Origin: Desulfuromonadaceae bacterium
Lineage (GTDB): Bacteria > Desulfobacterota > Desulfuromonadia > Geobacterales > Pseudopelobacteraceae
Assembly (NCBI GenBank): GCA_028681335.1
Contig: JAQUIT010000007.1
Span: forward strand, 950 to 64,949
Length of the DNA stretch: 64,000 nt
Direction of reading: 5' to 3'
Shown: positions 1-10,085 of the stretch, in pieces
Layout of the letters: every line of letters begins with the position of its first letter
How positions within the stretch are numbered: the first letter of the stretch is position 1
The notes under the pieces: generated by a model
Databases searched by the model: none
What the model was told of the DNA's origin: nothing
The model's input: the letters and a program-made list of their open reading frames with translations, nothing else
Translations under genes and position numbers: made by a program

Positions 1-504
1 TGGAAATACCATCACCGTCCAGAATTGCCCCCCGACCGATCGAAGATGAAAGGTGATAAAATCACGTATTCCACCAATTCCGATATCGATCCTGAGGTTG
101 CCATCGGTTACTTTACCGAGTCGCGGAATCCTCACATCGGTAATGATGATCCCCTCTTTCATAGGTGATTCCTGTAAAAAAGGGTCGGATGGCACATTGC
201 CGCTGCCGTCAGCCCCTATTTCAAAAATCCCTACGGTTTCTGTGCCTGGTTCCAGATGCAAATAATAACCTGTTCTCGACGTTGCTGCCCTCTCCTGCAT
301 GTAGCGAATTGTCGAGGCAAGTGTACGGGCGGATATTTTCAGATTTTCCTGATCAGAGGAGGGGAGTCGCGGCAGTACCAGTAGCATTACCATACTGATA
401 ATTACCAGCACCACCGCAATCTCAATGAGTGTAAAACCACGCCGGTTAACCTGTTGCTGGTACAGCAGCTCCGAATCTGAACCGTAGGCAGGATGACGTG
501 TCAT
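1..504 (-). CDS. Prepilin-type (class III signal peptide) pseudopilin, GspH/FimT-like; C-terminus cut by window edge
   Basis: Not in the ORF track because it runs off nt 1. Reverse-strand ATG at 504-502. I translated all 168 codons by hand and found no in-frame stop. N-terminus MTRHPAYGSDSELLYQQQVNRRG-FTLIEIAVVLVIISMVMLLVL has the G/FTLIE prepilin cleavage-methylation motif plus a hydrophobic helix. Confidence 0.7.
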   Translation of the reverse strand, partial: MTRHPAYGSDSELLYQQQVNRRGFTLIEIAVVLVIISMVMLLVLPRLPSSDQENLKISARTLASTIRYMQERAATSRTGYYLHLEPGTETVGIFEIGADGSGNVPSDPFLQESPMKEGIIITDVRIPRLGKVTDGNLRIDIGIGGIRDFITFHLRSVGGQFWTVMVFP

Positions 505-508
505 CAAA

Positions 509-1657
509 TTATTCCAGGGTGAGTATGCGTGCAAGATCTTCGCCGAATAGACGCTTTTGCCACACCCTCATACCAGGGACCATGTCCAGCTCAGCCTGCG
601 TTGCACTCTCCGTGTCGGCAATGGCTTCCAGCAGCCAGTTAGGAGCGAGCAGGCCTGGTTCCAATCCCAATTCGGCGCTGTATCGTTCACGCCATGCCTT
701 GAGTCTCTTCAAGCGTTCCTTGACCCGCTCCAGCACCTCTTTTTTACCGTTGCGCGGAAAACGCGGCAGCTTGCTTTCCGGAGTCGCCAATCCCTGCTCA
801 ACTGCAGCCAGAATGCCGCTGCCATGCCGCTGGAGCTGTCCTGATGTCATTCCTTTAACCAGTGACAGATCATGCAACGACGTGGGCCTGCATTCCGCAA
901 CCTCAATGAGGGTGTCTGCCGATAACACCTTGAACGGCGGACGATCCAGCAGTTCTGACTGCCGATCACGCAGCTGTAGTAATTCTTCCAGAATGGCAAG
1001 AGTGTGGCCACGCAATTTGCTGGCACCCTTGCAGTACATAAACAGCGGGCCGTCTTTTTCAGAAACGCGTGCCTGGCATACAAGCTGCCCCTCTTCTTCA
1101 AGCCAATCCAAACGCTTTTTGTCTTCAAGCTCTGCCCGAAACTGGTCATAGAGCGGCAGCAGGTCAGAGGTATCGGCTACTGCGTAGGCACACATCTCAC
1201 GGCTCAATGGACGCTTGCTCCAATCAGCCTTCTGGTATTTCTTGTCCAGTTCAATACCAAAGCGGGCTCTTAACAGCGCAGCCAAACCAAACTCGCCAAT
1301 CCCAAGAAAACGTGCCGCTATCATCGTATCGAACAGGTTCGTAACTTCAATACCGAAATCCCGATGTAGCGAGCGGATATCGTAATCAGAGCCGTGCATG
1401 ACAACGACTATTTCCGGGTCGGCAAGCGGACCAGCCAGTGGTGTCAGAGATGGCAGCGCCAGCGGATCTATCAGCCAGCTTTGCTGACGTGTTGAGACCT
1501 GGGCAAGACAGACCTTTTCACGATAGTGGTGGAGAGAATCCATCTCAAGATCGACCGCAATTTCCTTCTGCGCTCCGAGTATGGCGGCAACTTCCGTTAA
1601 ACGCGCCATTGTTGTGATTATTTCGCAGGTTCCAGCCTGCCTATGGAAAGAACTCAA
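509..1657 (-). CDS. rnd: Ribonuclease D (DEDD 3'-5' exonuclease + HRDC)
   Basis: 382-aa ORF with exonuclease motifs (IAVDLEMDSLHHY, VVMHGSDYDIRSL, YAVADT) and a C-terminal HRDC-like region. The TTG start at 1657 overlaps the upstream stop (TTGA) and has AGGAG 7 nt upstream. An alternative ATG at 1609 lacks an SD. Confidence 0.85.
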   Translation of the reverse strand: MSSFHRQAGTCEIITTMARLTEVAAILGAQKEIAVDLEMDSLHHYREKVCLAQVSTRQQSWLIDPLALPSLTPLAGPLADPEIVVVMHGSDYDIRSLHRDFGIEVTNLFDTMIAARFLGIGEFGLAALLRARFGIELDKKYQKADWSKRPLSREMCAYAVADTSDLLPLYDQFRAELEDKKRLDWLEEEGQLVCQARVSEKDGPLFMYCKGASKLRGHTLAILEELLQLRDRQSELLDRPPFKVLSADTLIEVAECRPTSLHDLSLVKGMTSGQLQRHGSGILAAVEQGLATPESKLPRFPRNGKKEVLERVKERLKRLKAWRERYSAELGLEPGLLAPNWLLEAIADTESATQAELDMVPGMRVWQKRLFGEDLARILTLE

Positions 1658-2733
1658 ACCGCAAACTCCTGAATAATTGAATAGGTTGTGGTACGCTGTG
1701 CCGCCCTAAATCCGGCACCTTGTATGAGACTGATCATCTCTTGCTGCGACATGCAGAAACTGCAACCGGCAGCGGCTACAACGTTTTCTTCAAGCATTGT
1801 GCCGCCAAGGTCATTGGCCCCGAAAAACAGGGCTACCGAAGCCATCTTTGCTCCTTGTGTGACCCAGCTCGCCTGGATATTGGGGATATTATCAAGCACT
1901 ATCCGCGACAATGCCAACACTTTTAGATAATCGATACCGCTGGCGGTGTCTCCACCGAGCTCAGTATTACCTGGCTGATACGTCCACGGAATAAACGCCG
2001 TGAACGACCCGCCCGCATCCTGCATCTCACGAACGCGGAAGAGATGCTCGACAATATCCTCTGTTTTTTCACTACTGCCAAACATCATCGTGGCAGTAGT
2101 CGGCATTCCAAGGCCAGCGGCTTTCAGCATGACCTCTCCCCACTGTTTCCAGCCTATTTTCTTGGGGGAAATGTTGCTGCGTACCTCATCAACCAATATC
2201 TCTGCCCCGCCACCGGGAATTGAATTCAGGCCGGCTTCCTTGAGTCTCAGCAGCGTTTCGTCAATGGTAAGAGCCGAATTGGCCGCGATACACGTGACTT
2301 CTGCCGGAGAAAGTGAGTGATTCTGCACCCCCGGGAAACGTTTCTTTATCTCCTTGAACAGTCCTTCAAAAAAATCTATTTTCAAATCGGGGTTAAGCCC
2401 ACCCTGCATAAGCAGTTGCGTGCCACCCTGCGCCACCAGTTCGGCTATCTTCTCATAAATCTGTTCAGGGTCAAGAATATAGGCATCCGCAGCATCCTTT
2501 GATCGGTAAAAAGCGCAGAAGGAACATTTAGATTCACATATATTGGTATAATTAACGTTGCGATCAACAACAAAAGTAACAATATTGTCAGGATGAAGCT
2601 TGCGTCTGATAGCATCCGCTCTCTTCCCGAGCATAAGCAAATCACCGTTGATCAGCAGCTCAAGGGCAGCTGCACGCTCGATTCTTTCCTCGCCAGCTAT
2701 TTTCATCGTCTGACCCGAAATGTTTTCATACAA
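1654..2733 (-). CDS. Futalosine-pathway menaquinone radical SAM enzyme (MqnC/MqnE family; the two cannot be separated by eye)
   Basis: 359 aa. Radical SAM CxxxCxxC lies in NYTNICESKCSFCAFYR. Overall length and C-terminal pattern are typical of the MqnC/MqnE/CofH group. Confidence 0.75.
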   Translation of the reverse strand: MYENISGQTMKIAGEERIERAAALELLINGDLLMLGKRADAIRRKLHPDNIVTFVVDRNVNYTNICESKCSFCAFYRSKDAADAYILDPEQIYEKIAELVAQGGTQLLMQGGLNPDLKIDFFEGLFKEIKKRFPGVQNHSLSPAEVTCIAANSALTIDETLLRLKEAGLNSIPGGGAEILVDEVRSNISPKKIGWKQWGEVMLKAAGLGMPTTATMMFGSSEKTEDIVEHLFRVREMQDAGGSFTAFIPWTYQPGNTELGGDTASGIDYLKVLALSRIVLDNIPNIQASWVTQGAKMASVALFFGANDLGGTMLEENVVAAAGCSFCMSQQEMISLIQGAGFRAAQRTTTYSIIQEFAV

Positions 2734-3127
2734 GATTCTCCAATTCTGTGCCGAGCATTTCGCGGATCGCCAGCGGTATCCTCCTGGCTTTTAATGTTGG
2801 ACCTATGCAGGCCAATGTGACCAACCCTTCTACGAGTAACTTGTTATCATGCTTCCTTACTATTTTTTGGCTGAGCGTAATCGATGACCCACCACTACGG
2901 ACCGGACAGGTGGCAACCGAGAGAAGGTCGTCATGAAGAGCTGGATATCTGAAATGAATTTCAAGTTTTACCACCGGAAAAACGAAGCCGTTACCGGCAA
3001 GCACGGCTACACTAAAACCATGGCTGCGAAAATACTCAGTTCTCGCCCGCTCCATATACTTAAGGTAATTGGCATGGTAAACGACTCCACCGGAATCCGT
3101 ATCCTCGTAATAAATTCGAACATCCAT
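2726..3127 (-). CDS. YbgC/FadM-type 4HBT hotdog acyl-CoA thioesterase
   Basis: 133 aa. N-terminus RIYYEDTDSGGVVYHANYLKYMERARTEYF is the classic YbgC active-site Asp region. Confidence 0.85.
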   Translation of the reverse strand: MDVRIYYEDTDSGGVVYHANYLKYMERARTEYFRSHGFSVAVLAGNGFVFPVVKLEIHFRYPALHDDLLSVATCPVRSGGSSITLSQKIVRKHDNKLLVEGLVTLACIGPTLKARRIPLAIREMLGTELENLV

Positions 3128-3372
3128 TGACTATCGCTACTCCATCTATGCTATTGGCTTAGTTTTGCCTATCCGGGTTGATTACTCTAGTGCAGATTCT
3201 ATTCATCTGCAACTTATTCTCTGATATTACACTTCAAAAGGCTTATTTTATCAAAATACGGCCAAAAATTGGCCTGAAGACCAATTTCCATAAAACGCAT
3301 AGCAAGATAAGGGACTCTAGAAAACAAAGCTCTGGAGCCTTATTTTGGGGCATCACCCTCTGACCCCCCGTT

Positions 3373-4035
3373 CTATGCGGTTTTACACTGTTTTATAAAT
3401 GTAAGCGTCCGCTCACCCATGCTATGTGGCAGTGAATAACGTTGTATTGAGGCAACAGTGAACCCGCCGGAATGAACAACGGCATCAGCTGCTTCAATTT
3501 CATTTTCAGCCTGGTCGCCCTTCATGGCAATCAGGATACCACCCTCTGCAAGGAGCGGGGCAGCCAGAGACACAAAACGATCCAGCCGTGTAAAAGCTCG
3601 TGACGTAATTATGCTGAATGAATGACTGTGCGTTTTATGCAAATCTTCAATGCGAGTGTGGATCGCTTCAATATTTTGCAGCCCCAACACTCGAATGACA
3701 TGCCGTTGAAAATGTATTTTTTTAGCAACAGCATCAACAGAAATCATAACTGTTTCAGGGTTGATTATTTTCAAAGGTATTATCGGGAGCCCTGCTCCGG
3801 ACCCAATATCGAGCAGACGATCTCCGGAGGCTATATACGGGGCAAGACTGAGTGAATCCACGAAATGCTTGATAGCAATTTCGTTAACTTTTGTAATCGC
3901 CGTCAGGTTTACCTTTTTATTCCACTTTACAAGCTCTGCAGCATATGCTTCGAATAAAGCCAATTGTTGCGTAGAAAGTGACAGCCCCATAGCTACTGTT
4001 TCCCGGGATAGTATGTCGCTGATTATGGAGTTCAT
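3373..4035 (-). CDS. rsmG: 16S rRNA (guanine527-N7)-methyltransferase RsmG (GidB)
   Basis: 220 aa with SAM-binding LLDIGSGAGLPIIPLKI. Position directly downstream of mnmG with a 4-nt overlap. Confidence 0.93.
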   Translation of the reverse strand: MNSIISDILSRETVAMGLSLSTQQLALFEAYAAELVKWNKKVNLTAITKVNEIAIKHFVDSLSLAPYIASGDRLLDIGSGAGLPIIPLKIINPETVMISVDAVAKKIHFQRHVIRVLGLQNIEAIHTRIEDLHKTHSHSFSIITSRAFTRLDRFVSLAAPLLAEGGILIAMKGDQAENEIEAADAVVHSGGFTVASIQRYSLPHSMGERTLTFIKQCKTA

Positions 4036-5930
4036 TGTTCCGCACTATCCTTCCATGATGAGGACTTCAAGGCGATAGACAGGATCGATATGGCAGCGGG
4101 TGTCACCCCGGGGATCCTGGAAGCCTGCCCAAGTGTATCGGGTCTGTTTTTTGTGAGCTTTTCACGAACTTCGGTTGTCAGGCTTTTAATTGATGCATAA
4201 TCAAGAAGCGAGGGGATACATGTTTTTTCCAGTTTCTTAGACTGCTCTACCTGCTCGAGCTGACGGTCAATATAGCCCTTATATTTTGTCTGTATTTCAA
4301 CCTGTTCACGTATCGCTGCGGGGGTTTCACGTGAAACAGTGTCCAGTTCTGCCAGGTCAGAATAACTTACATCCGAACGTTTCAGAAGGTGTTCCAGAGT
4401 ATTACCTTTCTGAAGACCTTCTATACCCATCCTCGCAAGAACATCCAACTGATGTGGCGAGTGTGACATACGCGTCACCGAGATACGCTCCAATTCCTCC
4501 GATATCATGCGTCGCTTCTCAGTAAAAACATCATACTCCTGCTCCGTTACAAGACCCAGCCGATACCCTGCATCACGCAGACGCAGATCGGCATTGTCTT
4601 CGCGTAAGAGCAACCGGTATTCTGCCCGCGACGTGAACATACGATACGGTTCTTTGGTCCCGAGCGTCACGAGATCGTCAATCATGACGCCTATATAGGC
4701 CTGACTTCTCCCCAGCACGAGAGGATCTTGCCCTTTAACGCGAAGAGCGGCATTGATGCCGGCCATAAGCCCCTGCCCCGCCGCCTCTTCATAGCCGGAA
4801 GTACCATTGATCTGTCCGGCATGATACAGGTTAGTAAGCAACTTCGTTTCGAGAGTATTGTGTAACTGGATTGGATCGACGTAATCGTATTCAATCGCGT
4901 AAGCCGGGCGCATAATTTCAACCCGCTCGAGGCCAACAATTGAACGATAAAAAGCGATCTGAATATCTATCGGGAGCGACGTCGACATGCCACTGGGGTA
5001 AACTTCGATTGTATCAAGGCCTTCCGGTTCAATAAAGGTTTGGTGACGGTCCTTCTCTGGAAAACGCACAACCTTGTCTTCAATCGACGGACAGTAACGC
5101 GGGCCAACACCTTCTATAATGCCCGAATAGAGCGGTGAACGGTCAAGGCCGGAGCGTATAATATCGTGAGAACGTTGATTGGTATACGCGATGTGACAGG
5201 GAAGTTGAGGCATCGTGATCCGTTCCGTTGATAGCGAAAACGGCAGCGGATTTTTGTCACCATATTGCGGTTCTAGCTTTGTAAAATCAATGGAACGGGC
5301 ATCTAGTCTTGCCGGCGTTCCTGTCTTTAGCCGGCCGACCTGGAAACCAATGGTGCGAAGTTGGTCCGAAAGCCCAATCGACGGCTGATCACCGGCACGG
5401 CCTCCCGGATAGTGGTTGAGACCAATATGGATAAGTCCACGCATAAACGTGCCGGTCGTAACAACAACTGTTTTTGAGATAAACCTGATCCCAGACTGCA
5501 GTTCAACGCCTCGAAGTTCACCATTTTCCAGATAAAGAGAGGTAACCTCTCCCTGCTTGAGATCAAGGTTGATTTGCTGTTCAAGGACGCGTTTCATCCT
5601 GAGTCGATACAGTTGTTTATCTGCTTGGGCGCGCGAAGCCCTTACTGCAGGCCCCTTTTTGGTGTTGAGAATACGAAACTGAATGCCGGTAGCATCTATG
5701 TTTTTGGCCATCTCGCCACCAAGAGCATCAATTTCTTTTACCAGATGCCCCTTAGCGAGGCCGCCTATAGACGGATTGCAGGACATGAGAGCTATGGCAT
5801 CAAGGTTGATGGTCAGCAACATCGTACGGCACCCCATGCGGGCAGAAGCCAATGCAGCTTCACACCCGGCGTGTCCGGCACCGACAACAATTACGTCATA
5901 GAGCTGATCATAGGTCATCATAAGTCCCAC
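4032..5930 (-). CDS. mnmG: tRNA uridine 5-carboxymethylaminomethyl modification enzyme MnmG (GidA)
   Basis: 632 aa. FAD motif YDVIVVGAGHAGCEAALASARMG with full-length GidA-like sequence. Confidence 0.97.
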   Translation of the reverse strand: MGLMMTYDQLYDVIVVGAGHAGCEAALASARMGCRTMLLTINLDAIALMSCNPSIGGLAKGHLVKEIDALGGEMAKNIDATGIQFRILNTKKGPAVRASRAQADKQLYRLRMKRVLEQQINLDLKQGEVTSLYLENGELRGVELQSGIRFISKTVVVTTGTFMRGLIHIGLNHYPGGRAGDQPSIGLSDQLRTIGFQVGRLKTGTPARLDARSIDFTKLEPQYGDKNPLPFSLSTERITMPQLPCHIAYTNQRSHDIIRSGLDRSPLYSGIIEGVGPRYCPSIEDKVVRFPEKDRHQTFIEPEGLDTIEVYPSGMSTSLPIDIQIAFYRSIVGLERVEIMRPAYAIEYDYVDPIQLHNTLETKLLTNLYHAGQINGTSGYEEAAGQGLMAGINAALRVKGQDPLVLGRSQAYIGVMIDDLVTLGTKEPYRMFTSRAEYRLLLREDNADLRLRDAGYRLGLVTEQEYDVFTEKRRMISEELERISVTRMSHSPHQLDVLARMGIEGLQKGNTLEHLLKRSDVSYSDLAELDTVSRETPAAIREQVEIQTKYKGYIDRQLEQVEQSKKLEKTCIPSLLDYASIKSLTTEVREKLTKNRPDTLGQASRIPGVTPAAISILSIALKSSSWKDSAEQ

Positions 5931-5966
5931 CCACCACCCGATTTATGTTTCACGTGGAACATAACA

Positions 5967-7334
5967 TTATTTCCCGATACAAAATGATGAAAAGATAAGG
6001 TCAAGCACGTCGTCAGTTGCCGTTTGACCGGTCACCGCCCCGACAGACTGAAGAGCTCCACGCAAATCGAGAGCAAGCAGTTCAAGATTGCGATCCTTTA
6101 GATTGCAGGAAAACTGCTGTAAATGCTGCTGAGCAGTCACAAGTGCATCACGATGGCGGGCACGTGACAGTGCCACAAACTCTCGAGAATCTGGGGCGAC
6201 CGAATGCAGAAACTGCCTGCACACCGTATGCTTGAGAATATCCATGCCGTCGCCGGAAAGTGCCGCGATCCTGACAATATCAACAAAACGCGCTTCATCA
6301 GGCAGAACAAAACACTGCTGCAGATCAGTCTTGTTTAACACCGCTATTGTCTTGCAACCAGCCAGCGCATCAAATATTAACTGGTCTTCTTGACCGAACT
6401 CTCTGGAGGCGTCAAAAACAGCGAGAACGAGATCTGCCTGGGGAATCTTGGCAAGGGCTCTACTAATCCCCTCCTGCTCAACAAGATCATCAGTATGACG
6501 GATTCCGGCCGTATCAAGCAGGCGAACTGCTAAGCCGTCAAACGTCACAGTCTCCTCGATGATATCACGGGTTGTGCCTGGTATATGCGTTACAATCGCA
6601 CGGTTCTCGTTTAGCAGACGATTAAGTAGACTGGATTTACCTGCGTTCGGCTTGCCGACAATGAGAACCGAAATCCCATCCCTCATGATCCGTCCCTCTT
6701 CAAAGGTCAGCAGCAAAGATGAAATCATCTCCTGTGCCTCTGAAACGGAAGCAAGAATGGCTGACAGGTCAGTCTCACCCAGGTCATCATCAGGGAAATC
6801 GATATAAGCCTCCACCAAGGCAAGTGCGCGTAGCATAAAGCCACGAACAACGTCGATTCTTGCTGAAAGAGCACCTTCACGCTGCTTCTGGGCGAGTTGA
6901 AGCGCAGAATCGCTCTTTGAAGCAATAATATCCATGACCGCCTCAGCCTGGACAAGGTCAATACGGCCATTAAGGAACGCCCGCCGGGTGAATTCGCCCG
7001 GATCGGCCAAACGAATCCCACACGAAAGGACGACCGCCAAGACTCTTTCAACAACCAGCCAGCCGCCGTGACAATGGAGCTCCAAAACATCTTCCCTGGT
7101 ATATGAACGTGGGGAGCGCATATAAACGGCCATCGCCTCATCGACCTTTTCACCACTGGCAGGGTCAACGATAGCACCAAAAGAAAAACGGTGGCTCACA
7201 AGGCCACCGTCATAAACAGGTCTAAAAACAGCATTTCCGACCATAGCGGCCTGTTCACCACTCACCCGGATTATACCGATACCGCCATTACCAGGGGGGG
7301 TACTGACAGCCGCTATTGTATCGCGGATATACAT
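5967..7334 (-). CDS. mnmE: tRNA modification GTPase MnmE (TrmE)
   Basis: 455 aa. G1 motif [22 protein letters not shown], and the hallmark C-terminal CIGK. Confidence 0.97.
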   Translation of the reverse strand: MYIRDTIAAVSTPPGNGGIGIIRVSGEQAAMVGNAVFRPVYDGGLVSHRFSFGAIVDPASGEKVDEAMAVYMRSPRSYTREDVLELHCHGGWLVVERVLAVVLSCGIRLADPGEFTRRAFLNGRIDLVQAEAVMDIIASKSDSALQLAQKQREGALSARIDVVRGFMLRALALVEAYIDFPDDDLGETDLSAILASVSEAQEMISSLLLTFEEGRIMRDGISVLIVGKPNAGKSSLLNRLLNENRAIVTHIPGTTRDIIEETVTFDGLAVRLLDTAGIRHTDDLVEQEGISRALAKIPQADLVLAVFDASREFGQEDQLIFDALAGCKTIAVLNKTDLQQCFVLPDEARFVDIVRIAALSGDGMDILKHTVCRQFLHSVAPDSREFVALSRARHRDALVTAQQHLQQFSCNLKDRNLELLALDLRGALQSVGAVTGQTATDDVLDLIFSSFCIGK

Positions 7335-7363
7335 AACACGTTACTCCGAAGTCCGTGGACTAA

Positions 7364-8968
7364 TCATTCCACCGTCTTGTTTATATACATCTGTTGGCCG
7401 ATAGTTAACACATTGTTGACCAACCAGTAAAGTACCAGACCGGAAGGAAAGCTGAGAAACATAAAGGTAAAAACAACCGGCAGGGCCAGCATCATTTTCT
7501 GCTGCATCGGATCCATATTGGATGGTGTCATTTTCTGCTGAAGAAACATTGTAATGCCCATGATAACAGGCGTTACATAGTAAGGGTCTTTGTCTGCAAG
7601 ATCAGTAATCCAGAAGAAGAATGGAGCATGACGAAGTTCAATAGAAAACATCAGCGATTTATAAAGAGCAAAGAAGACCGGTATCTGCACGACCATCGGC
7701 AAACAGCCACCCATTGGATTGACCTTATGCTCACGATACAGCTCCATGACCGCCTTATTCATGGAATCCTTATCGTCCTTGAATTTTTCGCGGAGCTTTG
7801 CCATTTCGGGCTGGATTTTCTGCATGCCCTTCATCGACTTATAGCTTTTATGGGTCAGTGGGAAAAAGAAGGCTTTAAGAATAACCGTAATTATTATTAT
7901 GGCAATTCCATAGTTGCCAACATAGCGATAAAAGAATTTCAGTGAGTAGAGTAGCGGTTTGGCAATGACCGTAAACCAGCCAAGATCGAGAGACCGCACA
8001 AGCGAATTACCTTGCGCTTTGAGTATATCAATATCCTTTGGACCGACAAAAAGGCGATTAGCAATAGTAACTGATTTACCTGGATTAACCGTAAACTGTG
8101 GTGATGAAACAACCGACTCGAAAAAACCGGTATTACTTTTCAAAAGTTCTACGGATGCAATGCTGTTGTTCTCGGAAAGGATCGCATTCAGAAAATACTT
8201 GTCTGCAAAACCGGACCACTGGATAGTCTTATCATAACGCTTTGAAGAACTGGCAACATCCTTGATTTTATTAGACTGCAGACCGTTATCTGCAAAGATG
8301 TATGAACCGGCCGTATCAAAACGGTTGTTCTTAACTTTAGGTTGTGCTGGATAGGTCATTACATATTGAATGGTACCTACCAAAGGAGCTGCAGAGTTAT
8401 TAAAAACCTGCGTTTCCAGCTTGATACCATATTGACCGTAAGAGAAGGTATACACTTTACGAACAGTATAACCCTGCCCTGAGACATAGTTGAATGTCAG
8501 TTGCCTGGATCCGTCTTTTTCAACCTTTATTCCGTCGGCATCAACAGCAAACACCGTACCGTCAGGAAGGTTAAAACCAGTGGCTCGGGTTGAGAATGAT
8601 AGAAGATTAGGATCAGCGTCATTGCCAAGGGTAACTTTATTTGACGTAGGAGTGTTTTCTTCCCGGTAGTTTTTAAGTGTCATGCTCTTGAGGCTCGCAC
8701 CTCGAGAAGAAAATACCGCAGTATACAGGTCCGTTTCTACAGTGACATCTTTTGTGGGGGCCGTTGAAGGTAGCTGCTGCACTGTAACTGGAGTAGAGCT
8801 CTGTAGCAGCCCTGGATTCTGGGTCTTCACAGCCTGACTGCTATCAGGCGAGGAGACAGTCTGAGGAGCGGGAGGTTCTACCTTTTGCTTATCTGGACCA
8901 AAAAACAGAGAGAACAGATAAAAAACAGCAATTGAAAGACCTACAGCTATAAAAGCGCGCTTTTCCAT
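7364..8968 (-). CDS. yidC: Membrane protein insertase YidC
   Basis: 534 aa. N-terminal TM, large periplasmic domain and a C-terminal 60-kDa IMP core ([16 protein letters not shown]). Confidence 0.96.
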   Translation of the reverse strand: MEKRAFIAVGLSIAVFYLFSLFFGPDKQKVEPPAPQTVSSPDSSQAVKTQNPGLLQSSTPVTVQQLPSTAPTKDVTVETDLYTAVFSSRGASLKSMTLKNYREENTPTSNKVTLGNDADPNLLSFSTRATGFNLPDGTVFAVDADGIKVEKDGSRQLTFNYVSGQGYTVRKVYTFSYGQYGIKLETQVFNNSAAPLVGTIQYVMTYPAQPKVKNNRFDTAGSYIFADNGLQSNKIKDVASSSKRYDKTIQWSGFADKYFLNAILSENNSIASVELLKSNTGFFESVVSSPQFTVNPGKSVTIANRLFVGPKDIDILKAQGNSLVRSLDLGWFTVIAKPLLYSLKFFYRYVGNYGIAIIIITVILKAFFFPLTHKSYKSMKGMQKIQPEMAKLREKFKDDKDSMNKAVMELYREHKVNPMGGCLPMVVQIPVFFALYKSLMFSIELRHAPFFFWITDLADKDPYYVTPVIMGITMFLQQKMTPSNMDPMQQKMMLALPVVFTFMFLSFPSGLVLYWLVNNVLTIGQQMYINKTVE

Positions 8969-8998
8969 CGATGCTCCTGATTAGAATTTACTTTTATA

Positions 8999-9211
8999 CT
9001 AGGGTACCGGATCGTGGCCGCCCGGATGAAACGGATGACACTTGCATATTCTAACAAAGGTAAGGAGCAAACCCCTGGCAACACCATGCCGAATTAAAGA
9101 CAAACGGGAATATTCGGAACAGGAGGGATAAAAGCGACAGGTCTGTGGAAGAAGAGGCGAAATCACCTTCTGATAAAACCTGATTACAAGGAGCAAGCAG
9201 CTTCTGAACAT
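8999..9211 (-). CDS. yidD: Membrane protein insertion efficiency factor YidD
   Basis: 70 aa. [23 protein letters not shown] motif. Located between rnpA and yidC. Confidence 0.93.
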   Translation of the reverse strand: MFRSCLLLVIRFYQKVISPLLPQTCRFYPSCSEYSRLSLIRHGVARGLLLTFVRICKCHPFHPGGHDPVP

Positions 9212-9564
9212 GGAGATATGCCTATGAACCTGAAGGCTTTATTGAGTTCATGCACAACTTCTGAATACGTCATTTGTGCAGATTCACGCCGTGGTATTAT
9301 ATTAACATCCACGGCTGCCATACCAAAGCGATTATGTCTAAAATATTCGCGTAGATAACGCTTAAGCCTGTTACGGACAACTGCACAACCAATTTTCTTG
9401 CTTGCAGTAACTCCCAGCCTGGCCGTTTCGAGGTTATTTTCACGCCACACGACAAGAAAACCACGCACTGTCGTTTTATTACGAGCGGAAGAGAGCTGAA
9501 GGAATTCTGCTCTCTTCCGCAAGCGTGCTGTTTTTGGAAATGTAGCTGCGGAGTTAGCAATCAC
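9184..9564 (-). CDS. rnpA: Ribonuclease P protein component
   Basis: 126 aa, basic. RLRKRAEF and [13 protein letters not shown] motifs. Immediately downstream of rpmH. Confidence 0.92.
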   Translation of the reverse strand: MIANSAATFPKTARLRKRAEFLQLSSARNKTTVRGFLVVWRENNLETARLGVTASKKIGCAVVRNRLKRYLREYFRHNRFGMAAVDVNIIPRRESAQMTYSEVVHELNKAFRFIGISPCSEAACSL

Positions 9565-9580
9565 GCAATATGGTCTAAGA

Positions 9581-9730
9581 CTATTTTGTTGCTATCTTTA
9601 CAGACAGGCTCTTACGCCCTTTTGCTCTTCTGCGTTTAATAACCAACCGACCATTCTTTGTGGCCATTCTTACCAGAAAACCGTGGGTGCGCTTGCGTGA
9701 AGTATTGCTTGGCTGATACGTTCTTTTCAT
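9581..9730 (-). CDS. rpmH: 50S ribosomal protein L34
   Basis: Below the ORF-track size cutoff, found by hand. Reverse-strand ATG at 9730 gives [49 protein letters not shown] with stop TAG at 9583-9581. The listed ORF 9636..9833 is the wrong frame. Confidence 0.95.
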   Translation of the reverse strand: MKRTYQPSNTSRKRTHGFLVRMATKNGRLVIKRRRAKGRKSLSVKIATK

Positions 9731-10073
9731 CGTAATTTACCTCTACAAAATTATTTTTCAGGAAATGGGTTATTAAACACAACTCTCTCTTTATGTCAAT
9801 ACATATATCACATATTGTCACAACATCATACAAATTGATTTGCCTTGAAAAAGATGGGCGCCTCTGTTATTCTGCACCACCTTGAACGCACCTGTATTAA
9901 TCCTAAATATACCTTAATACCCTGTTTTTATTAAATATATTAGTTATCAACAGCTGTTGACAATAGTGTTGATAACTATTATGTGCATAGGTAACACTTA
10001 TTTAATAATACGCTTTTACTTATGAGCAGTTACGTGTCAAAATCGATGTTGATAACCACTACTACCATGAATT
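9731..10073. other. Candidate oriC / dnaA promoter region: AT-rich spacer with three identical DnaA-box variants
   Basis: TTATCAACA at 9944-9952, and its complement TGTTGATAA at 9967-9975 and 10047-10055 (1 mismatch to TTATCCACA). A weaker TGTTGACAA lies at 9955-9963. The first two form a dyad GTTATCAACAGCTGTTGACAAT. AT-rich tracts at 9903-9943 and 9997-10024. Divergent rpmH/dnaA position is a classic origin location. Confidence 0.6.
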
Positions 10074-10085
10074 GTGATTTCCCTG

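Noticed and set aside
9636-9833. Listed 65-aa minus-strand ORF in the rpmH region
   Set aside because: It is the wrong frame. The genuine L34 sequence ([18 protein letters not shown]...) is read from ATG 9730 in another frame and ends at 9581. The 65-aa ORF extends into the AT-rich origin spacer and has no homology features.
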